Shown one piece after another: positions 10,120 to 19,681 of a stretch of DNA of 40,000 nt. Within the stretch, counting starts at the first letter, position 1; each line of letters begins with the position of its first letter. Source of the stretch: Rhodobacterales bacterium 52_120_T64 (GTDB taxonomy: Bacteria; Pseudomonadota; Alphaproteobacteria; Rhodobacterales; Rhodobacteraceae); assembly GCA_002162875.1 (NCBI GenBank), contig MABA01000019.1, positions 1,506 to 41,505 of the forward strand. Direction: 5' to 3'. The position numbers and the translations under genes were made by a program. The notes under the pieces are model-generated. The model ran no database searches. It worked only from the letters and a program-made list of their open reading frames with translations, and was not told where the DNA came from.

Positions 10120-10414
10120 TATGCATTCCTTATCTAACACATAGAATCGGTTCCCATGCCCAAAACGTCAAGAGGACACCGTTGACGAATGATAAACGAA
10201 TACGTGATGAGGCCGTACAAGATATAGCGTGTACGCGAATGTGTGCTCGTATAGGTGGTGCGCGAATGCTGTAGCAATTTTGGGTTGAATGCTCGTTCAA
10301 TTAGAGGTATATAGGAAGGCAGAATATTTCCAACGGTGGGTTAGAAAAGTTCTATATATTAAGTGCATTTTTAAAAGTTAGTAGAACAGTAACCCGTATT
10401 TTGAGGAGCAGGAA

Positions 10415-12076
10415 ATGTTTAATTTCCGTTGCGTTTTCTCAGTTGATGCAAATTCCGCATCATCGAAAAAACAAATTGATTTAGGTGACAGGCTCGATGA
10501 TTTCGTCGAGGACGAAAGCGGTATTGCCACCGTATGGTCAATGTTTTGGCTTATCCTGTGTTTCTCCATCAGTGGTTTGGCCATTGATGTAACGAACGCA
10601 TGGAAAGTTCATACTATCCTTCAATCTACTGCTGACAGCTCGGCACTTGCCGGTGCTTATGAGCTGCAGTCTCGAGACACCTCCAATCAGAATTTATCCA
10701 ATATAGACATCAATGTCGCGGTCAAAGACTGGGCTGTGGATTTTGCCGAGCAAAATATGAATGTTGGAAGGTATGGCGACGCATTGCTAAGGCAGGATGT
10801 CCAGCTTGGATACTGGATCGCGGAAACTTTTGTTCCGATGGCCGTTTCACCTACTAACGCCGTAGACTATAATGCTGCACCTCAAGCAGATGCTGTTCGT
10901 GTTATCACGCGCCAATCCGGTACGGGGGCAACGAGCGCTGTTGGCACCTTCTTTCTTAGGTTCGTTGGCTTTGATCGATTTACGGTATCTACTAGTGCAA
11001 CTGTAAAAATATTCATTCAACAGTGCCAATATGACGGCCTTATAGCAACGGGTCAGGTTAAGCTTAGTACCGGTCAGGAATTCTTGAACAAGTTTTGTGT
11101 TCATGGTGAAGACGGAATTTATGCCGCCCAAAATAATTACTTTGATGAGGGCACCATCGCGAGTGCGCCAACAGTAGATGGCTGTGGGCAAAACGTCGGA
11201 AAATGCACGGATTCGCAGAATTTGGGCTTCAACGATGCATTTCGTGTTCAGTCTCTTTTTAGTGGATACGAATACCCGAACGGTGACGTCGTGCTTAGCG
11301 GTAAACCTGCCAAGATTGACGATTACATTGCCAGCTTTAGTGGTGAAAATGCCAACGGCGATTACAATCCGTTTTATGTCGATACAGCCACTGATCCTAT
11401 CAAAATTACGTTGAGAGGCGATGATGTCTTGGACTTAGGGAGGATTATTCCAGTTGGTGGAGCATCGTATACGGATGCTGATGGCAACATTTATGAGGCA
11501 GCTGGTGGTCGTTACATAATTGAATGCAAAACCGGAAAACCGGTTAAGCTGGCTTTCCCCGATGAATATGTTGGCGAAAAAATACTTGAAAGGGTCGTGG
11601 TGGTCGGTGATGGATGCGATTTCATTTTCGATTCTTCTGTAAAATATGAAGATGTGATGCTCGCAACAAACAGTACAGGTCAGCATACCTTTTCCGGTGC
11701 CACAGGTGTGGTCCTCGGGAGGGTGGAGGATGTTGATGATGAGAATGATCGTTGTGATACAAAATTGATTGATGATTACGAGGCCGAAATCGCTTCTGGC
11801 ACCCAGAATGTGCCCCCCCCACTAACTGGTTCGGTTACCTTAATTTCCCTAGGCTCAGTTAATTTCGCGTCGAAACTATCGGCCTATGGATTGGAAATAA
11901 TCGCCGCCGAAAACGTGCACCTTGCCTCAGAGGCGCAAGAAGCAAGCACGCACATCGGTACCAGTGTTAGTGCAGGCGGCGACATCGGCGTTACGCATGA
12001 TCATGTATTCTGGGGATGCGTAGGGCAAACGGTTTCAGTTTTTGACCCAATTATGGCTTGGGCGCTGGTTCGATAA
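10415..12076 (+). CDS. TadG/TadE-like (Tad_N-type) putative pilus-assembly/secreted protein, orphan
   Basis: The N-terminus ESGIATVWSMFWLILCFSISGLAIDVTNAW...LQSTADSSALAGA resembles the TadE/TadG hydrophobic segment. A GAGGAG Shine-Dalgarno sequence precedes the ATG. The gene is AT-richer than its neighbours. Confidence 0.6.
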   Translation: MFNFRCVFSVDANSASSKKQIDLGDRLDDFVEDESGIATVWSMFWLILCFSISGLAIDVTNAWKVHTILQSTADSSALAGAYELQSRDTSNQNLSNIDINVAVKDWAVDFAEQNMNVGRYGDALLRQDVQLGYWIAETFVPMAVSPTNAVDYNAAPQADAVRVITRQSGTGATSAVGTFFLRFVGFDRFTVSTSATVKIFIQQCQYDGLIATGQVKLSTGQEFLNKFCVHGEDGIYAAQNNYFDEGTIASAPTVDGCGQNVGKCTDSQNLGFNDAFRVQSLFSGYEYPNGDVVLSGKPAKIDDYIASFSGENANGDYNPFYVDTATDPIKITLRGDDVLDLGRIIPVGGASYTDADGNIYEAAGGRYIIECKTGKPVKLAFPDEYVGEKILERVVVVGDGCDFIFDSSVKYEDVMLATNSTGQHTFSGATGVVLGRVEDVDDENDRCDTKLIDDYEAEIASGTQNVPPPLTGSVTLISLGSVNFASKLSAYGLEIIAAENVHLASEAQEASTHIGTSVSAGGDIGVTHDHVFWGCVGQTVSVFDPIMAWALVR

Positions 12077-12175
12077 TCAAAACGATGTGGGGCGAAGTTG
12101 GTAAGGTCAGTTCGTGCATATGGCACAGACTGGCCTACTGGCGATCTACAGATTCGCATGCCAGACTTTTAATAA

Positions 12176-12250
12176 TGGAGCGGGTGAAGAGATTCGAACT
12201 CTCGACATTTTGCTTGGGAAGCAAACGCTCTACCCCTGAGCTACACCCGC
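12176..12250 (-). tRNA. tRNA-Gly (anticodon CCC)
   Basis: The minus strand reads GCGGGTGTAGCTCAGGGGTAGAGCGTTTGCTTCCCAAGCAAAATGTCGAGAGTTCGAATCTCTTCACCCGCTCCA. It folds as a cloverleaf with anticodon loop TTCCCAA, T-arm GAGAGTTCGAATCTCTC-like, and an encoded CCA. Confidence 0.9.
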
Positions 12251-12337
12251 AACATTTCCGCTTTTATGGTCAACGTCTTGCAGCGTCAAGCCAAAGGTGC
12301 TTGCACGAACGCGGCGCGGCGCGTAGAGAAAATCCTT

Positions 12338-13153
12338 ATGAGAATTTTGTTTTTAGGTGATGTCGTCGGCCGCACAGGTCGCAAGGCAATTACAACGCAT
12401 TTGGGGCGACTGCGCACTGAATGGCGGCTCGATTTTATTGTGGTTAACGGCGAGAATGCCACCGGTGGCATGGGTCTGAACCGTGGACATGCCCAGGGTA
12501 TTCTGGACGCAGGGGCGGATTGTATCACCCTTGGCGACCACGCGTTTGACCAGCGCGATATGATGACCGCGATCACACAAGAAAGCCGGATCATTCGACC
12601 TTTGAACTATGCGCCTAAAGCGCCCGGTGTCGGGGCGCGTATGTTTACCGCACAGAACGGCCAGAAGGTGTTCGTGACGCAGGCTTTGGGGCAGGTGTTT
12701 ATGAAACGCCCGTTCGCAGATCCGTTCTCGGCCCTTGATTCTGAGCTGAAGAAAGCCCCATTGGGTGGCTTGGCTGATGCTGTGATTGTTGACTTCCACG
12801 CCGAAGCGACTTCGGAAAAGGTTGCGATGGGGCATTGGCTGGACGGACGTGCGTCGCTGGTTGTTGGGACGCACACTCATATTCCGACAGCGGACACGCA
12901 GATTTTGGCGCATGGTACGGCTGTGCAATCCGATGCGGGGATGTGCGGCGACTACGACAGTGTGATCGGGATGGAAAAGCTGGAACCCATGCGCCGCTTT
13001 GTGACTGGTATGCAAAAAGGCCGGTTCACACCTGCCGAAGGCGAGGCGACTTTGTCAGGCGTATTCATCGAGACGGATAAATCCGGCAAAGCCATTCAGG
13101 CGCTTCCAGTTCGGGTTGGCGGGCGTTTATCACAAACAGGCCCCACCGATTGA
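12338..13153 (+). CDS. YmdB-like (TIGR00282-type) metallophosphoesterase
   Basis: MRILFLGDVVGRTGRKAI, VVNGENATGGMGL, DFHAEATSEK and GTHTHIPTAD. The ORF track starts earlier (12266), but that part overlaps the tRNA flank. Confidence 0.8.
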   Translation: MRILFLGDVVGRTGRKAITTHLGRLRTEWRLDFIVVNGENATGGMGLNRGHAQGILDAGADCITLGDHAFDQRDMMTAITQESRIIRPLNYAPKAPGVGARMFTAQNGQKVFVTQALGQVFMKRPFADPFSALDSELKKAPLGGLADAVIVDFHAEATSEKVAMGHWLDGRASLVVGTHTHIPTADTQILAHGTAVQSDAGMCGDYDSVIGMEKLEPMRRFVTGMQKGRFTPAEGEATLSGVFIETDKSGKAIQALPVRVGGRLSQTGPTD

Positions 13154-13167
13154 GACGTCATCGCAGT

Positions 13168-14031
13168 ATGTATCTCGCGTTAATAATTATGGGCGCGACA
13201 TGGGGTGTGACGCCCGTGCTCATAAAAATCGCGGTGAGTGCTGGGCACCATCCCTTCGGCATGATCGTTTGGACCAATCTTGTTAGCGTGATTTTGTCCG
13301 GAGTCGTGACCTTGGCGCAGCGTCGAAGTTTGCCGATATCCGCACCACATTTGAAGTTATATCTTGGCGTTTCGCTGCTTGGTGCCGTAATCCCTAACGT
13401 GCTTAATTTCACTGCGGCCGTGCATTTGCCAGCGGGCATTATGTCCATCATGATCGCCCTCGTACCCATGTTTGCTATGCCGATAGCGTTGGTGATGGGG
13501 TTTGAGAAGACCTCGCTAATTCGTTTTCTTGGTGCGCTATGCGGGGCGGTTGCGATTGTGTTGATCGTTGGGCCGGAAACCGGATTGCCCGATTCCAGCA
13601 AGGTTGGGTTCGTGTTCGTCGCCCTTGGTGCCTCGCTTTGTTATGGTGCCGAAGGGAATTTCTTGACGTGGTTCGGGATGCGTGAACTGAATCCTGTGCA
13701 GGTTTTGTTCGGCGCTTCGCTAGTGGGGTTAATAATTTCGGTACCAATCGCTGGGGCAACTGGACATTTCATTCCGCTGGACAATCTTGGCGCGTCTGAG
13801 TTTGCGATTATATTCGCATCGGTTATCAGCTGGGGGACCTACGCTACTTATATTTGGATAATTGGGCGGGCGGGGCCGGTGTTTGCTTCGCAAGTGGCTT
13901 ATCTGGTGACAGGTTTTGGCGTGATCTGGGCAATGTTGCTGTTGGGCGAGCGGTATTCTGTCTGGGTCTGGATGGCTTTTGCGCTTATGCTGGTCGGGAT
14001 TGCCTTGGTAAAACCGCACGAATCTGATTAG
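13168..14031 (+). CDS. DMT-superfamily (EamA-like) transporter
   Basis: About 10 predicted TM helices in two EamA-like halves. The start is either ATG 13168 or TTG 13150, which overlaps the previous stop. Confidence 0.7.
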   Translation: MYLALIIMGATWGVTPVLIKIAVSAGHHPFGMIVWTNLVSVILSGVVTLAQRRSLPISAPHLKLYLGVSLLGAVIPNVLNFTAAVHLPAGIMSIMIALVPMFAMPIALVMGFEKTSLIRFLGALCGAVAIVLIVGPETGLPDSSKVGFVFVALGASLCYGAEGNFLTWFGMRELNPVQVLFGASLVGLIISVPIAGATGHFIPLDNLGASEFAIIFASVISWGTYATYIWIIGRAGPVFASQVAYLVTGFGVIWAMLLLGERYSVWVWMAFALMLVGIALVKPHESD

Positions 14032-14041
14032 GAGGGACGCT

Positions 14042-15820
14042 TTGCTCGAATTCTTGACCACAGACCCGATCCCAGCCGTCGTCAGCCTGTTCGTTGTTGG
14101 CCTTATGTTTGTGTTGTTCATCCGCGAAACCTATCCGACAGAGGTTGTCGCCATCGGCGGTGTGGCTATTCTGTTGGTGTCTGGGGTTCTGCCAATCGCT
14201 GACTTGCAGGCCGTGTTTTCCAACCCCGCGCCTTGGACGATTGCTGCGATGTTTATCATTTCGGGTGGCTTGGTTCGAACCGGCGCATTGAATGCACTAA
14301 CCGGGATGGTATCGCGGTATGCCAGCAACCAACCCAAAATCGTTTTGGCGACTTTGGCGATTTTCACCATCATTGCATCGGCGTTTATGAACAACACACC
14401 TGTTGTGGTGCTGATGATACCGGTGGCGATGTCGTTGGCTGCAACGATGGGGATATCTTCTTCGAAACTTTTGATTCCGCTGTCTTATACGGCGATCCTC
14501 GGTGGGATGCTGACGCTTATCGGGACGTCGACCAACTTGTTGGTCGACGGTGTAGCCACCGCGCAAGGGTTGGAGCCGTTCGGCCTGTTTGAAATAACGC
14601 CGATGGCGATCATTCTGGTGGCCTTTGGTGGACTATATATCCGCTTTATCAGCCCCTTGTTGTTGCCTGATCGAAACTCCATGACGGATCTGTTGGTTAA
14701 CAAAAAGCAAATGAAGTTTTTTACCGAGGTGGCGGTGCCAGAGGGGTCGTCGTTAATTGGCGAACCGGTTCAGAAAGTTGCTGCTTTCAAACGCCAAGGT
14801 ATGCGGTTGATTGATGTGTTGCGCGATAATGAGTCGCTGCGACGCCGGTTGAGCAGTGTGAAGCTGGAAGCCGGGGACCGAGTGGTTCTTCGCACGGGTG
14901 TGGATGAATTACTGGGCCTGAAAGATGATCGAAACGTTGATTTGGTCGATCAACTTTCAAGTCGGAAAACCACGACGGTGGAGGCACTGATTTCGCCCGG
15001 CTGTCGATTGGCCGGACGCTCGTTAGGCGATCTTCGCCTTAGACGGCGGTATGGTGTCTACCCTCTTGCTGTGCACCGGCGAAACCAAAATATCGGCAGC
15101 CAACTAGATGAAATCGTCGTGCGAGTAGGGGATACCTTGCTTCTCGAAGGCGCCGCGGAGGATATTCACCGCATGGCACAGGACGAGCTACTGGTAGAGT
15201 TATCGGTACCGTCCGAGAGACCTTATCGTCGGCGCCACGCGCCCGTTGTATTCAGTGTGCTGGCAGGTGTCGTTCTTCTTGCTGCCATGGGCGTGGCATC
15301 GATTTTTGCGCTGGCGGTAATCGGTGTGGCTATTGTCTTGTTAACCCGCTGCATTGATGCGGAAGAAGCGTTTGGCTTTGTCGATGGACGACTTTTGGTG
15401 CTGATATTCGCAATGTTGGCAATTGGAGCGGCATTGCAAAGCTCTGGCGCGGTTATGCTTATCGCTGAAAGTTTGTCGCCCCACCTCATGGGATTGCCTG
15501 CACCGTTACTGATCTGGGGGATTTATCTGCTGACATCGGTGTTGACGGAGCTGGTTTCGAACAATGCGGTCGCGGTTGTGGTAACCCCGATTGCGATTGG
15601 ATTGGCTGCATCACTTGGCGTGGATCCGCGACCTTTGGTCGTGGCGGTGATGGTTGCGGCTTCGGCCAGTTTTGCGACGCCTATCGGGTATCAGACAAAC
15701 ACATTGGTTTATGGACCCGGCGGTTACAAATTTACGGACTTCATGCGGATTGGAATTCCGTTGAACCTGTCGATAGGCGTCCTCGCTAGTCTGCTTATTC
15801 CGGTATTCTGGCCGCTTTAG
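14042..15820 (+). CDS. SLC13/DASS-type permease with two central TrkA-C domains
   Basis: Multi-TM halves flank two TrkA-C-like segments (EVAVPEGSSLIGEPV...LEAGDRVVLRTG and EALISPGCRLAGRSL...VGDTLLLEG). The TTG start has a GGAGGG Shine-Dalgarno sequence 5 nt upstream. Confidence 0.8.
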   Translation: MLEFLTTDPIPAVVSLFVVGLMFVLFIRETYPTEVVAIGGVAILLVSGVLPIADLQAVFSNPAPWTIAAMFIISGGLVRTGALNALTGMVSRYASNQPKIVLATLAIFTIIASAFMNNTPVVVLMIPVAMSLAATMGISSSKLLIPLSYTAILGGMLTLIGTSTNLLVDGVATAQGLEPFGLFEITPMAIILVAFGGLYIRFISPLLLPDRNSMTDLLVNKKQMKFFTEVAVPEGSSLIGEPVQKVAAFKRQGMRLIDVLRDNESLRRRLSSVKLEAGDRVVLRTGVDELLGLKDDRNVDLVDQLSSRKTTTVEALISPGCRLAGRSLGDLRLRRRYGVYPLAVHRRNQNIGSQLDEIVVRVGDTLLLEGAAEDIHRMAQDELLVELSVPSERPYRRRHAPVVFSVLAGVVLLAAMGVASIFALAVIGVAIVLLTRCIDAEEAFGFVDGRLLVLIFAMLAIGAALQSSGAVMLIAESLSPHLMGLPAPLLIWGIYLLTSVLTELVSNNAVAVVVTPIAIGLAASLGVDPRPLVVAVMVAASASFATPIGYQTNTLVYGPGGYKFTDFMRIGIPLNLSIGVLASLLIPVFWPL

Positions 15821-15883
15821 CTTGAACCTCAGCTGTGCGCTGGCGTATACAGATCCAAACAGAATTTAGTGACGGAGATTACC

Positions 15884-16624
15884 ATGGCTGGCCACTCAAA
15901 ATGGGCAAATATTCAACATCGTAAAGGTCGTCAGGATGCGGCGCGCTCCAAGGTGTTTTCCAAGCTGGCCAAGGAAATTACGGTTGCTGCCAAAATGGGT
16001 GACCCGGATATTGATAAAAACCCGCGTCTCCGGATGGCCGTCAAAGAAGCCAAGAAGCTTTCAGTTCCTAAAGATGTGATTGAACGCGCGATTAAAAAAT
16101 CGCAAGCGAATGATGGCGATAACTACGACGAAATCCGGTATGAAGGTTACGGCCCGATGGGGGTTGCTGTGATTGTAGAAGCAATGACTGATAACCGGAA
16201 CCGTACGGCGTCTTCGGTGCGCTCTATCTTTGCTAAATCTGGCGGAAACCTTGGCGAAACCGGTTCGGTTGCGTTCATGTTCGACCGCAAAGGACTGGTG
16301 GCATATTCGCTGGATGCAGGGGATGCGGACACCGTGATGATGGCGGCAATTGAAGCCGGCGCTGAAGATGTAGAGACCACAGAAGATGGCCACGAGATTT
16401 ATTGCGAAGGCGCAGATTTACACGAAGTTTCGACTGCGCTCGAAGCCGAGTTGGGCGAATCTGAAAGCACGAAGCTGATTTGGAAACCGCAAACATCAAC
16501 TGATCTTGATTTGACCGGTGCAGAAAAACTAATGCGTCTGATCGAAGCCTTGGAAGATGATGACGACGTGCAGACCGTTACTGCCAACTTCGAAATTTCC
16601 GATGAGGTAATGGCGCAGCTATAA
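15884..16624 (+). CDS. YebC/PmpR-family DNA-binding transcriptional regulator
   Basis: [15 protein letters not shown]... with [26 protein letters not shown] 15884 follows GGAG. The ORF track begins at GTG 15869. Confidence 0.9.
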   Translation: MAGHSKWANIQHRKGRQDAARSKVFSKLAKEITVAAKMGDPDIDKNPRLRMAVKEAKKLSVPKDVIERAIKKSQANDGDNYDEIRYEGYGPMGVAVIVEAMTDNRNRTASSVRSIFAKSGGNLGETGSVAFMFDRKGLVAYSLDAGDADTVMMAAIEAGAEDVETTEDGHEIYCEGADLHEVSTALEAELGESESTKLIWKPQTSTDLDLTGAEKLMRLIEALEDDDDVQTVTANFEISDEVMAQL

Positions 16625-16691
16625 AGCGTTGATCCTAATCATTTTGTCTTAGGCAATTACTGCGCTATGCTTTCGTTAAGGAGGCGCGCGG

Positions 16692-17822
16692 ATGATTGCT
16701 GAACCGACACTGACCCTCGGGATCGAGGAAGAATACCTGATTGTTGACAGAAAAACCCGTGATTTGGTTCGAGAACCGGACGCGGGGTTTTTGGCTGCCT
16801 GCGCCGATTTGCTGGGCGAACAAGTGACGGGCGAATATCTGCAATGCCAAGTCGAAGTCGGCACCAAGCCGCACAAGCGTGTGCGGGATGCGCGCGAAGA
16901 TTTGGTTGGCCTTCGCAAAGCCATAAGCGCGGCGGCGGAAGCGTTTGATTATGCACCCATAGCAGCATCAACCCATCCGTTTGCCAATTGGCGGGAGCAA
17001 ACTCACACGCGCAAGGAGCGCTACGATGCGTTGCGCGATGATTTGGGCCTACCTGTGCGGCGAATGTTGATTTGCGGGATGCATATGCACATCGGGATCG
17101 AGGATGAAGATCTACGGATTGATCTAATGAATCAGGCCACGTATTTCCTGCCGCATCTGTTGGCGCTGTCTTGCTCTTCCCCCTTTTGGGAGGGGGAAGA
17201 TACCGGGTTGGCTAGTTGTCGCCTTACGGTTTTCGATGCTTTGCCGCGTACAGGGTTGCCCGATGTGCTTGGGTCCTACGGCGAATATACGCGAATGGTT
17301 GGGCAGTTGGTAAAGGTGGGCTGTATCGAGGATTCCAGCAAGATCTGGTGGGATATTCGACCGTCCTCCAAGTTCCCGACGATAGAGCAACGGGTGACGG
17401 ATGTGTGTTCATTGGTCGACGATGTGGCGGCGATTGCGGCCGTTTATCAGTCGATCATGTCGTTTCTATTTCGTCTTCGGAAGAAAAACCAGCGCTGGCG
17501 GGTGTATCCGCAAACGTTAATATTGGAAAATCGTTGGCAGGCGCAGCGGAATGGCGCGATGGGTAGATTGATTGACCACGGACGTGGTGAGTTGGTGCCG
17601 ATGTCGGAGTTGATGGAAGAGTTGATAGAAATGATTGGCGAGGATGCAGAACGATTAGCTTGTTCGACAGAGCTGGCGCGGGCGAAGGCAATCACGTTAA
17701 ACGGGAATTCCGCCGACCGTCAGCGAGTGAATTACAAAGCTGCTTTGGATGATGGCGCCAATCCACACGAGGCAAGCATTGTAGTGGTTGACGGGTTGAT
17801 CGAAGAATATTCGGTTAGCTAA
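16692..17822 (+). CDS. Carboxylate-amine ligase, YbdK/GCS2 family (glutamate-cysteine ligase family 2)
   Basis: LGIEEEYLIVD, QCQVEVGT, CGMHMHIG and WWDIRPS are GCS2 hallmarks. AAGGAGG precedes the ATG. Confidence 0.85.
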   Translation: MIAEPTLTLGIEEEYLIVDRKTRDLVREPDAGFLAACADLLGEQVTGEYLQCQVEVGTKPHKRVRDAREDLVGLRKAISAAAEAFDYAPIAASTHPFANWREQTHTRKERYDALRDDLGLPVRRMLICGMHMHIGIEDEDLRIDLMNQATYFLPHLLALSCSSPFWEGEDTGLASCRLTVFDALPRTGLPDVLGSYGEYTRMVGQLVKVGCIEDSSKIWWDIRPSSKFPTIEQRVTDVCSLVDDVAAIAAVYQSIMSFLFRLRKKNQRWRVYPQTLILENRWQAQRNGAMGRLIDHGRGELVPMSELMEELIEMIGEDAERLACSTELARAKAITLNGNSADRQRVNYKAALDDGANPHEASIVVVDGLIEEYSVS

Positions 17823-17836
17823 CCGCCCTAAAGGAA

Positions 17837-17856
17837 AACCCCGCCGGAGCGGGGTT
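17837..17856. terminator. Bidirectional hairpin between convergent GCS2 ligase and ssb (AACCCCGC CGGA GCGGGGTT)
   Basis: A perfect 8-bp GC-rich stem read directly. It is flanked by A-rich sequence on the left and T-rich sequence on the right. Confidence 0.65.
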
Positions 17857-17867
17857 TGTTGGTATTT

Positions 17868-18374
17868 CTAGAACGGGATTTCGTCGTCGAGGTTGCCGCC
17901 ACCGCCACCGCCGCTCTGATTACCGCTGCCATAACCGCCGCCGCCACCTTGGCCGCTACCGCCACCATAATCGCCGCCACCGCCGCCGCCTTGGCTACCA
18001 TAACTACTACCGCCGCCACCTTGATTGCCACCAAGCATGACGAGTTTGCTATCAAACCCTTGCAGCACAACCTCGGTGGAATAGCGGTCATTGCCGGATT
18101 GATCTTGCCATTTGCGAGTTTGCAATTTGCCCTCGATGTAGACGCTTGAACCCTTTTTCAGGTATTGTTCAACAACGCGCACAAGACCTTCCGAGAAGAT
18201 TGCAACTGTATGCCATTCGGTTTTCTCGCGGTTTTCACCGGTGTTTTTATCGCGCCAACGCTCGGACGTAGCGATGCGGAGGTTTGCGACCTTACCGCCA
18301 TTGCCGAATGTACGGATTTCAGGGTCCGCCCCCAAATTGCCGAGTATTATTACTTTGTTAACACTGCCTGCCAT
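17868..18374 (-). CDS. ssb: Single-stranded DNA-binding protein
   Basis: OB-fold N-terminus ([15 protein letters not shown]...WHTV), a Gly-rich linker and the acidic tip DDEIPF. Confidence 0.95.
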   Translation of the reverse strand: MAGSVNKVIILGNLGADPEIRTFGNGGKVANLRIATSERWRDKNTGENREKTEWHTVAIFSEGLVRVVEQYLKKGSSVYIEGKLQTRKWQDQSGNDRYSTEVVLQGFDSKLVMLGGNQGGGGSSYGSQGGGGGGDYGGGSGQGGGGGYGSGNQSGGGGGGNLDDEIPF

Positions 18375-18513
18375 TTCACTCTCCTAAGTGCGAATCCGAT
18401 TTCGCGCGAGATTAACCATTATTCGAGAGGTAGACTACAGGATTGGCTAAGAAACTGTAAATATTCCGGTGCAAATAAATCTGTGTATGGTAAGTTGCGT
18501 CAGATAAATCAGG

Positions 18514-19107
18514 GTGCTGGATACTATGCGGATAACATTGCCAATTCTGGGGGCTATTTGTGTTTGGGCAACAATGCCTTTCGCGCAAAACTTCAATGCG
18601 ATGAGTCTGGATTTTCATGGGGCAAACAGTTTTATCGAAAAGAACCGGCTGGAAGCATCGCAATCCGGTGGTATGTCTGCGGAATTATATGCGTTGCGAG
18701 AACGCTTGTTAACGATACCGCCCCAAGTTCAAGAAGAGCTCCTACCTTCACGGTTTTACGATTATGCGCTGACCGTGGCGAACAGGTACGATATTCCCTC
18801 GCAAATATTTTTCAACTTGATAACGACAGAATCCAATTGGAATCCTGTCGTTACTTCGAGTCGAGGTGCTATCGGCCTGACGCAACTCATGCCACAAACG
18901 GCTGTGGAGTTGGGCGTAAACCCGTGGAACGCGCAACAGAATATTGAAGGTGGTGCAAGGTATCTGCGCCAGCAAAAAGACCAATTCGGAACGTGGTCGC
19001 TGGCATTGGCGGCTTACAATGCTGGCCCGGGGGCCGTTTCAAAGTATGGCGGCATCCCGCCGTACAAAGAGACAGAAGCATACGTCCAAAAAATACTGGG
19101 CCATTAG
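18514..19107 (+). CDS. Lytic transglycosylase (SLT domain) protein, secreted
   Basis: Signal peptide, then TTESNWNP, AIGLTQLMPQTA and AAYNAGPGAV (the E-S / GLxQ / AYNAG motifs). The start may be ATG 18526. Confidence 0.8.
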   Translation: MLDTMRITLPILGAICVWATMPFAQNFNAMSLDFHGANSFIEKNRLEASQSGGMSAELYALRERLLTIPPQVQEELLPSRFYDYALTVANRYDIPSQIFFNLITTESNWNPVVTSSRGAIGLTQLMPQTAVELGVNPWNAQQNIEGGARYLRQQKDQFGTWSLALAAYNAGPGAVSKYGGIPPYKETEAYVQKILGH

Positions 19108-19466
19108 GCGCGCTCTAACTCACCACCAGCGGAATGCCAGTGCATCAGTCCGCCGATGTTGTGTACGCTTTCAAAACCCATCTTCGATAGTGTACGTGCT
19201 GCCATGCCTGAACGCGCACCGGACGCACAATAAACGGCTACGGTCTTGGTTGTGTCCAATGCCTTGTTGAACTCAGGGTGACTTGGATTCGCGTGACTTT
19301 GCAGCAGCATCAAGGGGATGTGAAGTGCAGTTTTAGCTTTGCCTGTCTGCCGAAGTTCCGATATGTCCCGAACGTCAATGATAGTAATTTCGTTCTTTTT
19401 CGACATTGTGACAGCTTCCTGTGCGGATAGGGCTGGTGTGGCTGGTTTGCGGCTAAAGAAGCTCAT
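19104..19466 (-). CDS. Rhodanese-like domain protein
   Basis: IIDVRD...VAVYCASGARSGMAA shows a CxxxxxR active-site loop. Length is 120 aa. Confidence 0.8.
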   Translation of the reverse strand: MSFFSRKPATPALSAQEAVTMSKKNEITIIDVRDISELRQTGKAKTALHIPLMLLQSHANPSHPEFNKALDTTKTVAVYCASGARSGMAARTLSKMGFESVHNIGGLMHWHSAGGELERA

Positions 19467-19544
19467 TGTATTTCCTTACGTTTGATTTGGTGTCGAGCAG
19501 GTAGAAAAGGCTACCGGTTCAAATTCAACTTGGTAGAGTTAGTA

Positions 19545-19560
19545 ATTCAATAAATTGAAT
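19545..19560. promoter_or_regulatory. Perfect palindrome ATTCAAT-AA-ATTGAAT in the rhodanese/uvrA divergent intergenic region
   Basis: Read directly, about 120 nt upstream of the uvrA ATG. Function is unknown and it is not a canonical LexA box. Confidence 0.2.
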
Positions 19561-19681
19561 GTGTCTAGCGAAATTTTAGTATTATTGGGAATACCGCTTG
19601 CAATGATCTCGTTTTGTTCCCATTCTGCCTTCGCGGTCCGGCGCGGATTCGATACACCGTTACCGGACAAGGGGAGCTAAA

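Noticed and set aside
12058-12360. 100-aa plus-strand ORF
   Set aside because: It runs straight through the tRNA-Gly(CCC) gene on the opposite strand and through the upstream region of the ymdB-like gene, which starts at 12338. It is an artefact.
12286-13015. Minus-strand ORFs of 102 and 220 aa
   Set aside because: They are antisense to the YmdB-like metallophosphoesterase, which has clear motifs. The products are Arg/His-rich and have no start context.
17828-18149. Ala/Thr-rich ORFs (87 and 97 aa) and an apparent GCC/GGC tandem repeat
   Set aside because: These are alternative-frame and antisense readings of the glycine-rich linker of ssb. The repeat is coding low-complexity sequence, not a separate repeat element.
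18165-18947. 260-aa plus-strand ORF
   Set aside because: It overlaps the 5' part of ssb in antisense. It also overlaps the SLT gene in a different frame, and the SLT frame carries the real E-S/GLxQ/AYNAG motifs.
18375-19681. LexA/SOS box upstream of ssb and uvrA
   Set aside because: There is no clean GTTC-N7-GTTC (alphaproteobacterial) or CTGT-N8-ACAG site. Only the half-match GTTCAAATTCAACTT is present, which is not enough to call.
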